A DNA stretch of 64,000 nt from an uncultured Chloroflexia bacterium (GCA_963724295.1 CAVRUC010000004.1:331551-395550); one strand, 5' to 3'; positions 1 to 10,840 are shown, numbered from the stretch's first letter. Numbers and translations: made by a program. Notes: a model not told the origin generated them from the letters alone.

Positions 1-1194
1 TCCAGCTCGGCGTCCATGCGCGCCAGCCAGCCAGCTTGGACTCCGCCCACTTCAGAATCGAGCCCAGCCGTCTCCACCAGTGCCAGATACCAGATTGGCG
101 TGGCGCTCCCGGATCGCGTCTTCCTCATTGCTCGCCGCCAATTGTTCGAGCGCAAACTCCCGCACTGTCTCTAGCATGACGAAGCGTGGTTCCCCGCCCG
201 GCCCCTCTTCCTGCCGCAGCAAGCTCTTGTCCAGGAGCGAGGCGACGCCCTCGAATGGGTCGATCTCCGGTTCACTCTGCTTCGCGCGTGACGGCCTCCG
301 CCGCCTCCAGGGTGAAGCCCCCGGCGAAGACGGCCAGCCGCCGGAAGAGCCCCTGCTCCTGGGGCGTCAGGAGATCGTGGCTCCAGGCGATGGTGTCGCG
401 CATCGTCTGCTGCCGTTGCTGGGACATCGCGTCCGCCTCCGGTCAGCAGCGGCAGCCGGTGGTCGAGTCGAGCCAGCAGCGATGCGGGCGGAAGGACTTT
501 GACCCGCGCCGCGGCCAGCTCGATGGCGAGGGGGAGCCCATCCAGGCGCCGGCAGATCTCAGCAACGGCGACGGCGTTCTCCGGGGTCAGGGCGAAATCA
601 GGCTTCACCGCCTCCGCTCGCTCGATGAAGAGCCGAACGGCGTCGGACGTGGCAATATCCGCGACGCTGTGATGCCGATCCGGTGTGGCGAGGCCGAGCG
701 GGGCGATCGGGACCTCACGCTCCCCGGAGATGCGGAGGCGAACGCGGCTGGTGACCAGCATCGTCACGTCGGGACACGCGCCGAGAAGGTCGGCCACATC
801 TGGAGCGGCCTCGACGATCTGCTCGAAGTTATCGAGCAGGAGCAGGAGACGCTTGCTGCGCAGCACCGCCTTCAGTCGCTCGATCAGCGGCTCGTTGCCC
901 GCCTCGCGCACGGCGAGCGCCTTGATGATGGCGGGAGCCAGTAGCGCTGGATCGCTGACCGGGGCGAACGGAACGACCGTGACGCCATCGGGGAAGTCGC
1001 TCCGCCACCGCGGCTGCCGCACTCAACGCCAGCCGGGTCTTGCCGACGCCGCCGGGACCGGTCAGCGTCACCAGGGGAACGTCCTCACGGAGGAGCAAGT
1101 CGCGCAGGGCGGTCAACTCCCGCTCCCGTCCAATGAGCGGGGTGCGAGGCAGCGGCACCTGGATGGGATTGTTGAAAGCAAGCGGCGCAGTCAT
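1..1194 (-). CDS. STAND/NB-ARC-type ATPase regulator (AfsR/LuxR-like 'predicted ATPase'); runs off the left edge; frameshifted near ~1005 and ~420
   Basis: PLIGRERE, Walker [14 protein letters not shown] (ORF 829..1272), then [14 protein letters not shown] and [18 protein letters not shown] in ORF 171..1022; ATG at 1194. Confidence 0.85.
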
Positions 1195-1257
1195 GGCAGC
1201 TCTGGCTGAGACTCGGTGTGCCATGAAGATGATAGCGCTCCCCGGACCTGCGCCCCC

Positions 1258-1399
1258 GGACGGCTCTCTCAATTGGAGGGGCGAGGAAGCTGAAGTGGAT
1301 GAAGGCGAAGGTCAGGCGCAACGATCCTTGGAGCGGCCGGTGCCGCTCATAGTGGACTCCAAGGCAGCCGAGCAACCACGGCAGCGTGCGCTTGACCAT
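1258..1399 (-). mobile_element. Degenerate C-terminal remnant of an IS5-family transposase
   Basis: [38 protein letters not shown] resembles the IS5 C-terminal VERTxAWLxxxRRLxxRYER..L.LA.ALI pattern. Confidence 0.45.
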
Positions 1400-1460
1400 C
1401 GGTATCGCCCCGGGCGCTCGCTCGAATTGACCGCCCGCGGGCGGCAATGCGCGCGACTGA

Positions 1461-1496
1461 TTTGAAGAGTTTGAAGGGTTTGAAGAGTTTGAACTT
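1461..1496. repeat. AT-rich 9-bp tandem repeat (TTTGAAGAG x~4)
   Basis: tttgaagag tttgaaggg tttgaagag tttgaactt. Confidence 0.85.
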
Positions 1497-1540
1497 TTTG
1501 GGGACTCGCGAGATGAAATTCTTCGACGCGGGAGCCGGAA

Positions 1541-2431
1541 TCAATCCCGATTGTGTCCACTCCTTGCCAGCGTGGCGCGCGCCATGCGCAGCGTGGCGGC
1601 ATCGACCATCTGGCCGTTCAGGGCGAACGAGCCCCGACCCGCTTGCTCGGCTTCGGCATTCGCGGCGAGGACCTCCCGCGCCCAGGTAAGCTCGGCTTCA
1701 TCGGCGCTGAAGACCTCGTTGGCGATCGGGATCTGATCGGGGTGGATGCACCACTTGCCGTCGTAACCGAGCGCCCGGGCCGCGAGGCAGGAGCGGCGGA
1801 ATCCGTCGCGATCCCGAAAATCGGCGAATGGCCCGTCGATGGCGCGCACCCCGGCCGCGCGCGCCGCCACCAGGACGCGCTGCAGCGGGTAGTCCCAGCG
1901 GTGACCGGGATAGTCGGTGTCCCAGCGATCGGGCATCCCGATCGCGGCCAGTGGCATGCGGACTGACGCCGCGTAGTCTCCGGGACCGAAGACCAACGCC
2001 TCGACCCGCGGGCTCGCCGATGCGATCGCCTCGCAATGTGCCAGCCCGGCCGCGCTCTCGATCTGCGTCTCCAGTCCGATTGGGCGCTGTGCCTCAGCCG
2101 CCACTTCGAGCGATCCCAGAATCGTGGCCACCGTGTGGACGTCGTCTGGAGAGGCCACCTTTGGCATCACGATGAGGTCGACGCAACCCTCGGCGCCTTC
2201 GATCACGTCGACCAGATCGCGCACGAACCAGGGGGTATCGAGCGCGTTCATGCGGAAGGTACGGGGCCGCCCTTGCCATTCGCCTTCGCGCAGCGCCTCG
2301 GCGACGGTTGCCCGCGCCCCGGCCTTCGCGTCCGGTGCGACGGCGTCCTCCAGATCGATCATCACCAGGTCGGCATCGCTGGCCAGCGCCTTGGCGATCA
2401 TGCGCGGGTTCGATCCCGGCGTGGACAGCAC
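1541..2431 (-). CDS. HpcH/HpaI aldolase / citrate lyase beta (CoA-ester lyase) family protein
   Basis: RSVLSTPGS, IDLEDAVAPDAK, QIESAAGL, FGPGDY, GYDGKWCIHPDQI; true start probably ~2459 across an indel. Confidence 0.9.
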   Translation of the reverse strand: MLSTPGSNPRMIAKALASDADLVMIDLEDAVAPDAKAGARATVAEALREGEWQGRPRTFRMNALDTPWFVRDLVDVIEGAEGCVDLIVMPKVASPDDVHTVATILGSLEVAAEAQRPIGLETQIESAAGLAHCEAIASASPRVEALVFGPGDYAASVRMPLAAIGMPDRWDTDYPGHRWDYPLQRVLVAARAAGVRAIDGPFADFRDRDGFRRSCLAARALGYDGKWCIHPDQIPIANEVFSADEAELTWAREVLAANAEAEQAGRGSFALNGQMVDAATLRMARATLARSGHNRD

Positions 2432-2438
2432 GCTCCGC

Positions 2439-3584
2439 TCATGCGCGGTCGACCGTCACGCGCCGATCCCCTGCGCCGAGGGGGCAAACGCCGCCAGCAG
2501 CGGTGGAATCTCCCCGGTCGCCAGCGCCTCCGCGACCAGCATCGCCGTCGCCGGGGCCTTCTTTGGCGCCAGTCCGGAAGTGCCCCGCGCTGACCCAGAG
2601 CCCCTCGTAGCCAGGCACCGGACCGATCAGCGGGTCACCGGTCTCCGAGCCCGGACGAAGACCGGTCCAGTTTTCGGCAACTTCGCCCTGGAGAAGCACG
2701 GGACAAAGCGTGCGCGTCAGATCGAGCAGCCAGGCGACCCCATCGCCGGTGACGCGCCGGTCGAATCCGACGTCCTCCTCCGTGGCCGCGACCATCGTCG
2801 TCCCGTCCGGGCGGGGTCGGACGTAGCCACCATGCCCGGAGATAACGCGTACGGGACGGAGGGGCGCATTGGCGAACGCGATGAGCTGCCCCTTGACCGG
2901 TTTGGTGGGCAAGGTGACGCCCAGAGGATCGCCGAGCAGCCGCGTCCAGGCGCCGGTCGCAAGCACGGTCGTATCGGCCTGAATGTCGCGGTCCTGCAGC
3001 CGCACGCCGGTAACCCGAGTGCCCTCCCGCAGCAGACCACCGACCGGCGTCTCCTCCAATACCGTCGCGCCCAGCTGTCGCGCGGCGGTGGCCAGGGCTT
3101 GCGTCAGCCGGTAGACCGAGAGCGAGCCGACATTGGGATGGAACCAGGCCGAGAGCAGCGATTCCGGCAGCGCCGGTTCCGCTTTTCGCGCCTCAGCGGG
3201 CGGCACGTCCTCGACGTCGAGTCCCATGCCGCGCTGCCACGTCGCGACCGCTCGCTCCGCCTCGGCATGCTCCTCGTCGACGGCGATCACCCACTCCCCC
3301 GGACGCCGGTAGTCGATGGCGAGCCCGGTCCGCTCCTCCAGCTCGGCGACAAGCGCCGGGTAGCGCTCGAGGCTGATGCGGCCCAGCTCCACCCGCTCCG
3401 GTTTCATCCAGGGCCGGCTCGGTAAGGAGACGATACCCGCCGACGCCCACGACGCCTCCCCCCCGATGCGGCCCCGCTCCACCAGCGTCACCGAAACCCC
3501 GCGCCGCGCCAACTCGAAAGCGATGCCGCTCCCAATCACTCCACCGCCGGCGACGACGACACTTCCCGCCCCTGGTACAGCCAC
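2439..3584 (-). CDS. FAD-dependent glycine oxidase (ThiO/DadA-like); C-terminus frameshifted near 2560
   Basis: GGGVIG FAD motif, EASWASAG, PVKGQ, WTGLRPGS, SAGHFRTG. Confidence 0.85.
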   Translation of the reverse strand: MAVPGAGSVVVAGGGVIGSGIAFELARRGVSVTLVERGRIGGEASWASAGIVSLPSRPWMKPERVELGRISLERYPALVAELEERTGLAIDYRRPGEWVIAVDEEHAEAERAVATWQRGMGLDVEDVPPAEARKAEPALPESLLSAWFHPNVGSLSVYRLTQALATAARQLGATVLEETPVGGLLREGTRVTGVRLQDRDIQADTTVLATGAWTRLLGDPLGVTLPTKPVKGQLIAFANAPLRPVRVISGHGGYVRPRPDGTTMVAATEEDVGFDRRVTGDGVAWLLDLTRTLCPVLLQGEVAENWTGLRPGSETGDPLIGPVPGYEGLWVSAGHFRTGAKEGPGDGDAGRGGAGDRGDSTAAGGVCPLGAGDRRVTVDRA

Positions 3585-3777
3585 TCTGCTTCATCCTCTC
3601 TCAACCCGCGTCGCCGGCAGCTCCTCGTGTGGTGCGACCCGAAATCCTGGCGTATGGCGAATTGTCTGGTGTCCACTGGAAGAGGGCAAGACGATTGCCG
3701 CGGGCTGGCACGTTGCCTGCGGCATCGCGACCCGTGAGGCCGACTATTGATCGCCAGGATAGAGCGAGGGTACATCG

Positions 3778-4830
3778 ATGGGTGCTGGACTTCGAGGCCG
3801 AGCAAGCGTGGCAGCCGCGGGCATCGCGTTTGGGATGGGTGTGGCGGCGCGGGTCGCGCCTCCCCGCAGAGCGGAAGCTGACCTCCGTGGCACGGTTGCC
3901 CTGGTTACGGGCGGCTCGCGGGGTCTTGGCCTGGCATTGGGCCGGGAATTGCACCGCGAAGGGTGCCGGCTGGCGATCTGCGCCCGGGACCAGACCGAGC
4001 TCGAAGAAGCGCGAGCCGACCTGGAGCGGAGCGGGGCTGAGGTTCTGGCTGTACCCTGCGATGTGGCCGACCCCGCCCAGGTCGCGACGATGGTCGAGAC
4101 GGTCACCCGGCACTACGGGCGGATCGACATCCTCATCAACAACGCCGGCATCATGGTGGTCGCCCCGCTCGAGTCGTTGACCCGCGCCGACTTCGAGCGG
4201 GTCATGGCCGTCAATTTCTGGGGCGTGGTCAACCCGACGTTGGAAGTACTACCGGCGATGCGGGCGCGGGGAGCCGGGCGCATCGTCAACATTACCTCGA
4301 TCGGCGGCAAGATCGCCGTGCCGCACTTGCTGCCATACACCTGCGCCAAGTTTGCCGCGGTTGGTCTTTCCGAGGGATTGCGGGCGGAGCTGGCTGATAC
4401 CGGGATCAGCGTGACGACAGTCGTTCCTGGCTTGATGCGGACCGGTTCCCATCTGCATGCCGAGTTCGGCGGGGAGCAGCAGGCCGAGTACCGCTGGTTT
4501 GCTCTCAATGCCAGCGCCCCCTACCCGATCGCGATCGGCGCCGATCGCGCGGCGCGGATCATCGTGCGCGCCGCCAAGCGGGGTCAGGCGGAATGCACCT
4601 ATCCGGTTTCAGCCGTGCTCGCCGCCCGTCTCAGCGGGCTTCTCCCCAGCACGACGACGAACGCGCTGACGTTGGTCGATCGGTTCTTGCCACAGCCGCC
4701 GCTTGGCGCGGCGGGGACGAGCCCTGGCGCGACTATTGACGCCGACCTCGACTCGCCACTTCTTCGCGCGGCGACAGTTCTGGGTCGGGCCGCGGCCGAA
4801 GAGTACAAACAGGTCCGCCCGGCACCGTAG
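3778..4830 (+). CDS. SDR family oxidoreductase
   Basis: TGGSRGLG, NNAG, YTCAK (YxxxK). Confidence 0.92.
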   Translation: MGAGLRGRASVAAAGIAFGMGVAARVAPPRRAEADLRGTVALVTGGSRGLGLALGRELHREGCRLAICARDQTELEEARADLERSGAEVLAVPCDVADPAQVATMVETVTRHYGRIDILINNAGIMVVAPLESLTRADFERVMAVNFWGVVNPTLEVLPAMRARGAGRIVNITSIGGKIAVPHLLPYTCAKFAAVGLSEGLRAELADTGISVTTVVPGLMRTGSHLHAEFGGEQQAEYRWFALNASAPYPIAIGADRAARIIVRAAKRGQAECTYPVSAVLAARLSGLLPSTTTNALTLVDRFLPQPPLGAAGTSPGATIDADLDSPLLRAATVLGRAAAEEYKQVRPAP

Positions 4831-5008
4831 GGCGTTATCAGCTGGTTATGGCAGCGCATGACGTGTGAGTGCCCTGGCGGCATTCTCGGCTCCACCGAAA
4901 CCGCCAGGTTGGGCATCGCGTTATGGTGACTGGTGCCATTTCAGCAGCACCTACGTAGTGCTGCCCGCCTTCGCACGTTGTTGGTCGAGACTTTCGGGAG
5001 TTCGCGTC

Positions 5009-5767
5009 GTGAAACGGAAATTCGGCGAGCTGGTCGTGTTCGCCTTGCTTGCCATGCTACTCGTCGCCGTGCCGGTCGCTTCCAGCATGGCCGATACGTC
5101 GGCGGCTAGCTATCACTGGGCACGTAATCGGCCGCAGTTCACGCTGAAGGTGGGCGACAACGTCAGCGGCAACTGGGACCAAATCTTGCGCCGGGGGCTA
5201 GGCGACTGGAACAAGAACGACACCGTCACCCTGGATAAGGTCCGCGGCCAGGCAAATCCACAGGAGTGCAAACCAACCAGGGGCCGGGTCGAGGTGTGCA
5301 ACTGGCGATACGGCACCCAGGACAACTGGCTCGGTATGACGAGACTCCACTTTGACCGAAGCGGGCACATCGAAGCAGCCACGGTGCAGATGAATGACTC
5401 ATTTTTCGACACCAACAGCGAATATAACAATAGCGCGGCGCGACGGCACACCATGTGTCACGAACTGGGCCATGCGATGGGCTTAGAAGGTCATGACAAT
5501 AACAAATCTTGCATGAATAATAGTCAGTATGCGGTCTTCCATTACGTGACTCCTATCCGGAGCGACTTCCGAGAGCTCGAGCGGCTCTATAGCCACAGGG
5601 ACAGGGAGACCACGGTCTCGAGCGCGTCGGTAACCAGCGAGGGACTTGTTACCCCCGCTTCACTCCCCTCCGCACCGAGCGAAGACGCGGTCACCGAGAC
5701 CGTGACAGTCCAGAAGCTCAAGGACGGGAAAACAGTCGTCACGTTCATCACCTGGGCGAAAAACTAA
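5009..5767 (+). CDS. Secreted zinc metalloprotease (matrixin/metzincin-like)
   Basis: Signal peptide after GTG 5009; HELGHAMGLEGH followed by Met-turn-like SCM. Confidence 0.75.
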   Translation: MKRKFGELVVFALLAMLLVAVPVASSMADTSAASYHWARNRPQFTLKVGDNVSGNWDQILRRGLGDWNKNDTVTLDKVRGQANPQECKPTRGRVEVCNWRYGTQDNWLGMTRLHFDRSGHIEAATVQMNDSFFDTNSEYNNSAARRHTMCHELGHAMGLEGHDNNKSCMNNSQYAVFHYVTPIRSDFRELERLYSHRDRETTVSSASVTSEGLVTPASLPSAPSEDAVTETVTVQKLKDGKTVVTFITWAKN

Positions 5768-5933
5768 ACATCGCGATACAGGACACGATTTGGTCCCAGG
5801 GCTCGTGCTCGGCTGCTTGTTCGGCATGGGGAACCCGAACGGCATGAACGAGCGCACGCTGAGGCGCTCCCTCCAGAGGTGAACTCTCTCGGCGAGACAT
5901 GACCGCTCGACGAGGAAGCTGCCTGCTAATCCC

Positions 5934-7358
5934 CTACGAGAACCGGGTAGCGCCGTACCAGCGAGAGCTGTAGTAATCGGAATCGAGCTCGCTGATTCTC
6001 ACGCCGGTCGATTCGTTCTCGGCGTGGATGAACTGCCCATCACCGATGTAGATGCCGGTGTGGGAGAGTCCGCGGCGAAACGTGTTCTTGAAGAAGACCA
6101 GATCGCCAGGCTGCAGCTGGTTCCGCCCAACCTGGCTCCCCATCTCGTACTGGATAGCCATGTCATGGGTAATGTCAATGCCCAGCGTGCGCTGGATCAC
6201 GAACATCGTGAACCCCGAGCAGTCGAACGCCCGCGGGCCTTCCCCGGCATAGACGTAAGGATGGCCCTCGTATCGCAGGGCGAAGTCGACGATGTCGTTG
6301 CCGCCAGCCGCGCCGCCCCCATCGCCCGCGTCGCGCTCGCGTCGTCCGCCGTCGTTACCCGGCTCCGGTGCGGCCACCGAGTCGGTTGACTCCAGCTGCG
6401 TCCACGCGATCTGAGCGGTCTGGACATAGCCGCCGGCACCGGCGCAATTGACCGGCTGCCACTCGCCCATCGTTTCCGCGCGCACCTCGACGGGTACGCC
6501 CTCGTCGAGAACGGCAAGCGTCTCGGTGCCCCACTGCGGGGCGGCCAGACAGTGAGCGCCATTGCCACCCGTGTTCGTAATGTAGGCCGTTGCGATCGGC
6601 TCGCCCCAGGGTTCGGTCCCGCCTGAGCCCAGAGTGCTCGGCGGCGCCGCGTCGGACGGCGCAGGCTCGACCGGGATGGCATCAGCCGGAGCCGGCGCGA
6701 CGACTTGACCAGTTAGCGGGTCAATCCCCTCGCCGGCGGGTTCGATCTCAGCGACGGCAGAGGCGGGAGCCACAGCCCCGGCGGCCATCGATTCGGCCTG
6801 CGCGGGATCGACTGAGCCAGTGGAATCGGTGAGGGCCTCGTCGCTCGCTGCGTCGATTGCGGTATCGGCAACAGGAGCCTCGACCCACTCATCGGTCGGC
6901 GCAGCCGCATTCTCCGGGCCGGTAGCCGTAAGATCGGCGCCAACGGCTCCCTCGGGCGCCGGTTCGACCCATTCACCCGTGGCGGGCTCCTGCACCGCGT
7001 CCTGGGACAGCGTGACGCCGCCTTTGAGCGTAGCGACGCTCGAGACGGCATCGATGGGAACGAAGCCGCCGTCGACCGGGTACCACAAGCTCCCGTCCGG
7101 GGCGACCTGTTCGCCATCCCAGACGGTGACGTAGGAACCATTGGCGATCTCGTAGGCAACCGCGGCGTCCCAGCCCGGGGCGGTCCGCACCGCCAGCGGC
7201 GCGCCCGCGGTGATCACCGCGCCACTCCCGGCCGGAATCCCGGATTCGGCGGCAACCCGGGCGCCGGGCAGCATGGTGGCACTCAGGCAACAGGCGATCA
7301 GCGCGGCGAGGCAGCTGCGCACCATCGTTTGGCGAAACGTCACGACCCTTCCCTCCAT
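5934..7358 (-). CDS. Secreted NlpC/P60 (C40) peptidoglycan hydrolase with SH3-like domains
   Basis: Signal peptide; PYVYAGEGPRAFDCSGF, LQPGDLVFF, HTGIYIGDGQFIHA. Confidence 0.93.
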   Translation of the reverse strand: MEGRVVTFRQTMVRSCLAALIACCLSATMLPGARVAAESGIPAGSGAVITAGAPLAVRTAPGWDAAVAYEIANGSYVTVWDGEQVAPDGSLWYPVDGGFVPIDAVSSVATLKGGVTLSQDAVQEPATGEWVEPAPEGAVGADLTATGPENAAAPTDEWVEAPVADTAIDAASDEALTDSTGSVDPAQAESMAAGAVAPASAVAEIEPAGEGIDPLTGQVVAPAPADAIPVEPAPSDAAPPSTLGSGGTEPWGEPIATAYITNTGGNGAHCLAAPQWGTETLAVLDEGVPVEVRAETMGEWQPVNCAGAGGYVQTAQIAWTQLESTDSVAAPEPGNDGGRRERDAGDGGGAAGGNDIVDFALRYEGHPYVYAGEGPRAFDCSGFTMFVIQRTLGIDITHDMAIQYEMGSQVGRNQLQPGDLVFFKNTFRRGLSHTGIYIGDGQFIHAENESTGVRISELDSDYYSSRWYGATRFS

Positions 7359-7673
7359 CGACTCCGATCACGCAGCCCCGTGACCGGCCCGCAGGTGTCG
7401 GGATGCGCAAAACCCTGGGCGCGTCCTCCTGTGTGCGGGGTCCGTCCGTGATCGCTTTTCCCGGCAGTCCATCCCTAGTCTGCCGAGAAACAACCGATCC
7501 GGCGGTGTGGCGCCTATCCGGTCGCCAATCGCCGCGTCGCCACCGTCATAGGTCACCGGAACGCAGCAAGACACTGCGTCTCGTGACCCACCCGAGGAGA
7601 TGGTCCCTGGCGCTCCGCTCTGTGGTCGCAAGGTAGTACGTTCGAGGTGAACGGACAGACACCAACCCAGTTC

Positions 7674-7701
7674 AGTTTAGGGGGGACAGACATACTGTCA
7701 A
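7674..7701 (-). promoter_or_regulatory. Sigma70-type promoter for the NlpC/P60 gene
   Basis: Minus strand TTGACA (7701-7696) - 16 nt incl. a C6 run - TAAACT (7679-7674). Confidence 0.55.
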
Positions 7702-7829
7702 GAGCCACGATGTCACAGCAACGAGGAAACCCACCCGCACGGACGACCGCAGAGCGAAATCAGGTCCGGCTGGGATCGACTGCTCCGGTTTTTCCGCGAT
7801 CTCCAGTCCCGCCTACGTGGACCGGTTCG

Positions 7830-9572
7830 TCATTGCAGTTGGTGCACCGTGTGAACGGTCAGGTGTGACGCGTACTGGGCGTTGTGAAGCACGGTCTGGG
7901 TCGCGACCACCGCCGCGCTGGCAGGTTCCTCAAAGAGGGCATCGCCGGTGTTGAGATTGCGGTCCCACTGTGGGAAATCGCTGCTCCCGATAGTCACGCG
8001 CAGCCGGTTCCCAGCGGTGACGCGCACCCCGACCGGGCCGAGCGGAATGTCGTAGCAATAGACCCGGTCCGGCACCAGTAATGACGGGTCGGAAAGGCTG
8101 TCCCGGTAGCGCGCCCTGACGATCCCTTCTTGCAGATTGATCGAGCGACCGTCCGGGTAGACCTCACAAAGTCGCGCCGTCCAGTCGGTGTCGCGCGCGG
8201 AGGTCGCGGCGTACAGCGTCACCGTCACGTCCCCGATCAGCTCCACCGGCTCCGCCAGCGGCTCGCTGGTGTAGACGAGGACGCCGTTGAGCTCCTCCGC
8301 CGCGCGCTGGTCGGCTGGACCCATCGGCGCGACAAAGTTGAGGCAGCAGGAGTGACCGCCGATACTCGCCGTCGGTGCCATCGGGTCGGCGGTGAAGAGG
8401 TCTGGTGGTTCCTCGCCTGGGGCGTCCAGCGAAAGCGTACCGTCGCCGAAGCGCGAGTTCGCCCGTCCATTGGAATGGAAGAACCACCGCACCGGCTCAG
8501 ATCCCGGAGGTGGCCAGTCGGGATAATCCCGCCACTCCTCGGCGCCCATGACGAAGAGTGTCACGGGGGCATCCAGAATGCCGGTCTCTTCCCCCTTGAG
8601 GAACTGATCGAACCAGCGCAGTTGGAAATCGTCGACCATGCCCGGTCCACAGCCTTCTTGAGTTACGCTGGTCGGAGCCAACGGCATGTGGGTCCAGGGT
8701 CCGACGACCAGCTTCTGACCGGCGCGCGCCGCGTCCGACCCGCCGGCAGTCCGCATCCCAACGAAATTCTTCACCGAGCCGGAGAGAAAGATGTCGTACC
8801 AGCCCGCGATGTGCAGCGCGGGGATGGTGAGCCGGCTGTAGTCCTCGTCGATACTCCAGCGCCGCCAGTAGTCGTCATAGGTCGGGTGGGCCAGCCAATC
8901 GAAGAAATAGCTGCCGTACTTGCCAGTGAGGGGCGGGAACTCGGCCAGCGGCAGATACCAGTTCCATCCCTGCGAGTTGGCGTAGGCCGCCTGGAGACTC
9001 GCCATCGCCGCGTCGTCCTTAGCGCGCCGTGCCTCCATTCCCGCCATATGGACTGCCCACGACATCGCGAAGGCGAGCGCCAGGGCGCCCTGGTTGTAGG
9101 TCCACCCCTCGTAGTACTGCGATGCGGTCAGCGCCGGGCAGGCGGTAACCAGACTGGGCGGGCGCAACGTGGCGGGCATGAGCTGGGTCGCGCCGGCGTA
9201 GGAGAAGCCGTACATCCCGACGCGCCCGTTCGCCCCCGGCAGGCGAGCCGCCCACTCGATCGTGTCGTATCCGTCTTCGGCTTCATTCAGGAATGGAGTG
9301 AACTCCCCCTCCGACGCCCAGTAACCGCGGACGTCCTGGATGACCACCATGTAGCCGCGCTGCGCGTACCACGAGGGGTGGCTGTAGTTGATGTTCTGAG
9401 CCTGCGTCTTGTCGTACGGATGGCGCATCAGGATGACCGGGAACGGTCCTTCGTCAGCCGGTCGGTAGACGTCGGCGTAGAGGGTGACGCCATCGCGCAT
9501 GCGGCATGGCACATTGCGCTGGATCGTCACCTGTGGCGATCCTGGCAACGGCCGTGGACCGTCTTGTGCCAT
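7830..9572 (-). CDS. CocE/NonD family hydrolase
   Basis: MRDGVTLYADVYRP, QDVRG, GMYGFSYAG nucleophile motif, GWYD, GPWTH, SSDFPQWDRNLNTG. Confidence 0.95.
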   Translation of the reverse strand: MAQDGPRPLPGSPQVTIQRNVPCRMRDGVTLYADVYRPADEGPFPVILMRHPYDKTQAQNINYSHPSWYAQRGYMVVIQDVRGYWASEGEFTPFLNEAEDGYDTIEWAARLPGANGRVGMYGFSYAGATQLMPATLRPPSLVTACPALTASQYYEGWTYNQGALALAFAMSWAVHMAGMEARRAKDDAAMASLQAAYANSQGWNWYLPLAEFPPLTGKYGSYFFDWLAHPTYDDYWRRWSIDEDYSRLTIPALHIAGWYDIFLSGSVKNFVGMRTAGGSDAARAGQKLVVGPWTHMPLAPTSVTQEGCGPGMVDDFQLRWFDQFLKGEETGILDAPVTLFVMGAEEWRDYPDWPPPGSEPVRWFFHSNGRANSRFGDGTLSLDAPGEEPPDLFTADPMAPTASIGGHSCCLNFVAPMGPADQRAAEELNGVLVYTSEPLAEPVELIGDVTVTLYAATSARDTDWTARLCEVYPDGRSINLQEGIVRARYRDSLSDPSLLVPDRVYCYDIPLGPVGVRVTAGNRLRVTIGSSDFPQWDRNLNTGDALFEEPASAAVVATQTVLHNAQYASHLTVHTVHQLQ

Positions 9573-9876
9573 CGAAACCCCTTCTCGATCTGACCGGCGC
9601 CGATTCCCGGGCCGGGAGGATACGAACGACAGACGCGTGCGTCAACGCCGAACCTGTGCCAACTAGCCGGCATGATACGTTGGCCCGGCTGGTGCAAAAT
9701 GGGCGATGCCATGCAATCCCGCTGTCGTGCAAGGGACGATTGATGATCGTGGCGCAACCGGAAACCGAGGTCCACGAAGTGGCCGTGCCATTCTGTCCGG
9801 ATGTCCGCCTGCCGCTGATACTCACGATCAGCGACGAGGCTCCGGTTCGCTTCCCGTTCCTTCAGGTTCACCATCC

Positions 9877-10830
9877 ATGACACCTGACCGCGCACCGAGC
9901 ATCGCTTGTATCGGGGTTTCGGATTGGGATCGGCTGATCGCGATTTCCGACTACCCCGAGGCCGGCGGCTTCGCCAAGGTTCTGGAGGAGGTATCAGCGC
10001 CCGGGGGACCGACGACGAACACGGCCGTCGCACTCTCCCGGCTTGGCGCGCGGGTCCGCCTGGCCTCGGCCGTCGGCGCCGACGAGCGCGGCGAACTCGT
10101 ACGCCGCAGTCTCGAAGCCGCGGGTGTCGACACCCGCTGGATAGCCGTCAAACCCGAACAGGTCACCACCCTGGCAACAGTCATCGTCAGCCGCAATCCG
10201 CTCGACCGCACCATCTTCGTCGAGACCGGGGCACAGCTTGCCCGGGGAGATCAGCTCGACGTCGCCGGGCTCTTCAGCGGGGATCTGCTGGTCCTTGACG
10301 TTGCCGACGTTTCATTACGACGCTTCCTGCTCGATCTGCCCTCCCACACCGTACCGACCACCCGCCTTCTGGGGCCCCTCCGCTATCTCGTGGAAGAGAG
10401 CGTGCCGGACGCATTCGACCTCGCGTTGCGGCACGACGTCATCGTCAGCAACGAGCCCGATCTGCTCGATGTGACCGGGACGTGGACGCTCAGCGATGCG
10501 ACGACGGCGATACAGCACCGCATGCGCGGAGAGAACCTGCGCGCTGCGCTGATCACCCGCGCCGGCGAAGGCTGTCGCGTCGTGACCGAGGCGAAGAGTC
10601 TCAATATTCCCGCGTTCAGCGTCGATGTCATCGACCCAACCGGAGCCGGCGACGCGTTTGTGGCCGGGGTCGCCTGGGGGATGGCGCAGCGCTGGCCCTG
10701 GCCGCAGGTCGGCCGCTTCGCTAACGCGGTCGGTGCCCTCGCCTGCTGCTCCCTCGGCGCCCAGGCGTCCTTGCCCACCCTCCAGGAGGTCGAGACGCTA
10801 CTGGCGTCCAATCCCACGGACCTTGACTAA
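9877..10830 (+). CDS. PfkB family carbohydrate kinase
   Basis: PGGPTTNTAVALSRLG, DPTGAGDAFVAG. Confidence 0.9.
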   Translation: MTPDRAPSIACIGVSDWDRLIAISDYPEAGGFAKVLEEVSAPGGPTTNTAVALSRLGARVRLASAVGADERGELVRRSLEAAGVDTRWIAVKPEQVTTLATVIVSRNPLDRTIFVETGAQLARGDQLDVAGLFSGDLLVLDVADVSLRRFLLDLPSHTVPTTRLLGPLRYLVEESVPDAFDLALRHDVIVSNEPDLLDVTGTWTLSDATTAIQHRMRGENLRAALITRAGEGCRVVTEAKSLNIPAFSVDVIDPTGAGDAFVAGVAWGMAQRWPWPQVGRFANAVGALACCSLGAQASLPTLQEVETLLASNPTDLD

Positions 10831-10840
10831 AAGACACCAG

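Noticed and set aside
7359..7670. c-di-AMP (ydaO) riboswitch before the NlpC/P60 gene
   Set aside because: Conserved GCTGAA, GGGGxxAA and CCCGxCAGCTAAC elements not found on the minus strand
8130..9593. Long antisense ORFs (e.g. 8130..9593+, 2124..3425+, 26836..28005+, 39044..40315-)
   Set aside because: Shadow frames of well-supported genes on the opposite strand, typical of GC-rich DNA
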